Shown in pieces: positions 63,921-64,000 of a DNA stretch of 64,000 nucleotides; position 1 is the stretch's first letter, and the number at the start of each line of letters is the position of its first letter. The position numbers were made by a program, and so were the translations under genes. The notes under the pieces are model-generated. The model had not been told where the DNA came from, made no database searches, and worked only from the letters and a program-made list of their open reading frames with translations. Origin of the DNA: Prochlorococcus sp. AG-679-M23 (GTDB lineage Bacteria > Cyanobacteriota > Cyanobacteriia > PCC-6307 > Cyanobiaceae); NCBI GenBank assembly GCA_003208875.1, contig QCUR01000002.1, positions 244,401-308,400 on the forward strand, in the 5' to 3' direction.

Positions 63921-64000
63921 ATTTCGCTTATAAAGGTGAGGCTTCAACAAAAGATGGGGACACACTTACTGTTTGTGTTCCATTTGGAGCTATTATTAAC

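Larger units (their letters stand above)
57700..64000. mobile_element. Edge of a hypervariable genomic island
   Basis: Abrupt change from long core genes to microproteins, multicopy-type hli genes, an internal duplication and gene remnants; no integrase or tRNA in the window. Confidence 0.75.

Noticed and set aside
57700..64000. CRISPR array, IS element, integrase or prophage in the island
   Set aside because: No regularly spaced repeats and no transposase, integrase or virion gene motifs seen

Overview
AT-rich picocyanobacterial DNA, almost certainly high-light Prochlorococcus marinus (MED4-like gene order). Positions 1-57.7 kb are core genome: hisD (partial), rpsT, tatD, rpoB/C1/C2, hli, rlmN, the bioF-K-C-D-A operon, fumC, purB, glnB, queF, cytochrome c biogenesis genes, ftsW, both ATP synthase operons, nadE/nadD, groES/EL, secG, gpmI, pyrR and rpoZ. 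From about 57.7 kb to the end is the edge of a genomic island made mostly of microproteins, most of them missed by the ORF track. The best candidate for a new system is a 46-aa peptide with 9 Cys and 1 His (60585-60725) that looks like a metallothionein. It has a near-consensus sigma70 promoter and an upstream Zur/Fur-type box, and is divergent from a protein ending in Cys-Ser-Cys-Cys. Nearby are a PsbN paralogue with a His-rich tail, a ferritin 3' remnant, two hli genes and an adenylation-domain-only NAD ligase. A ~575-bp cassette of three microproteins is duplicated on both sides of part of this block. All family assignments come from motif recognition, not database searches.
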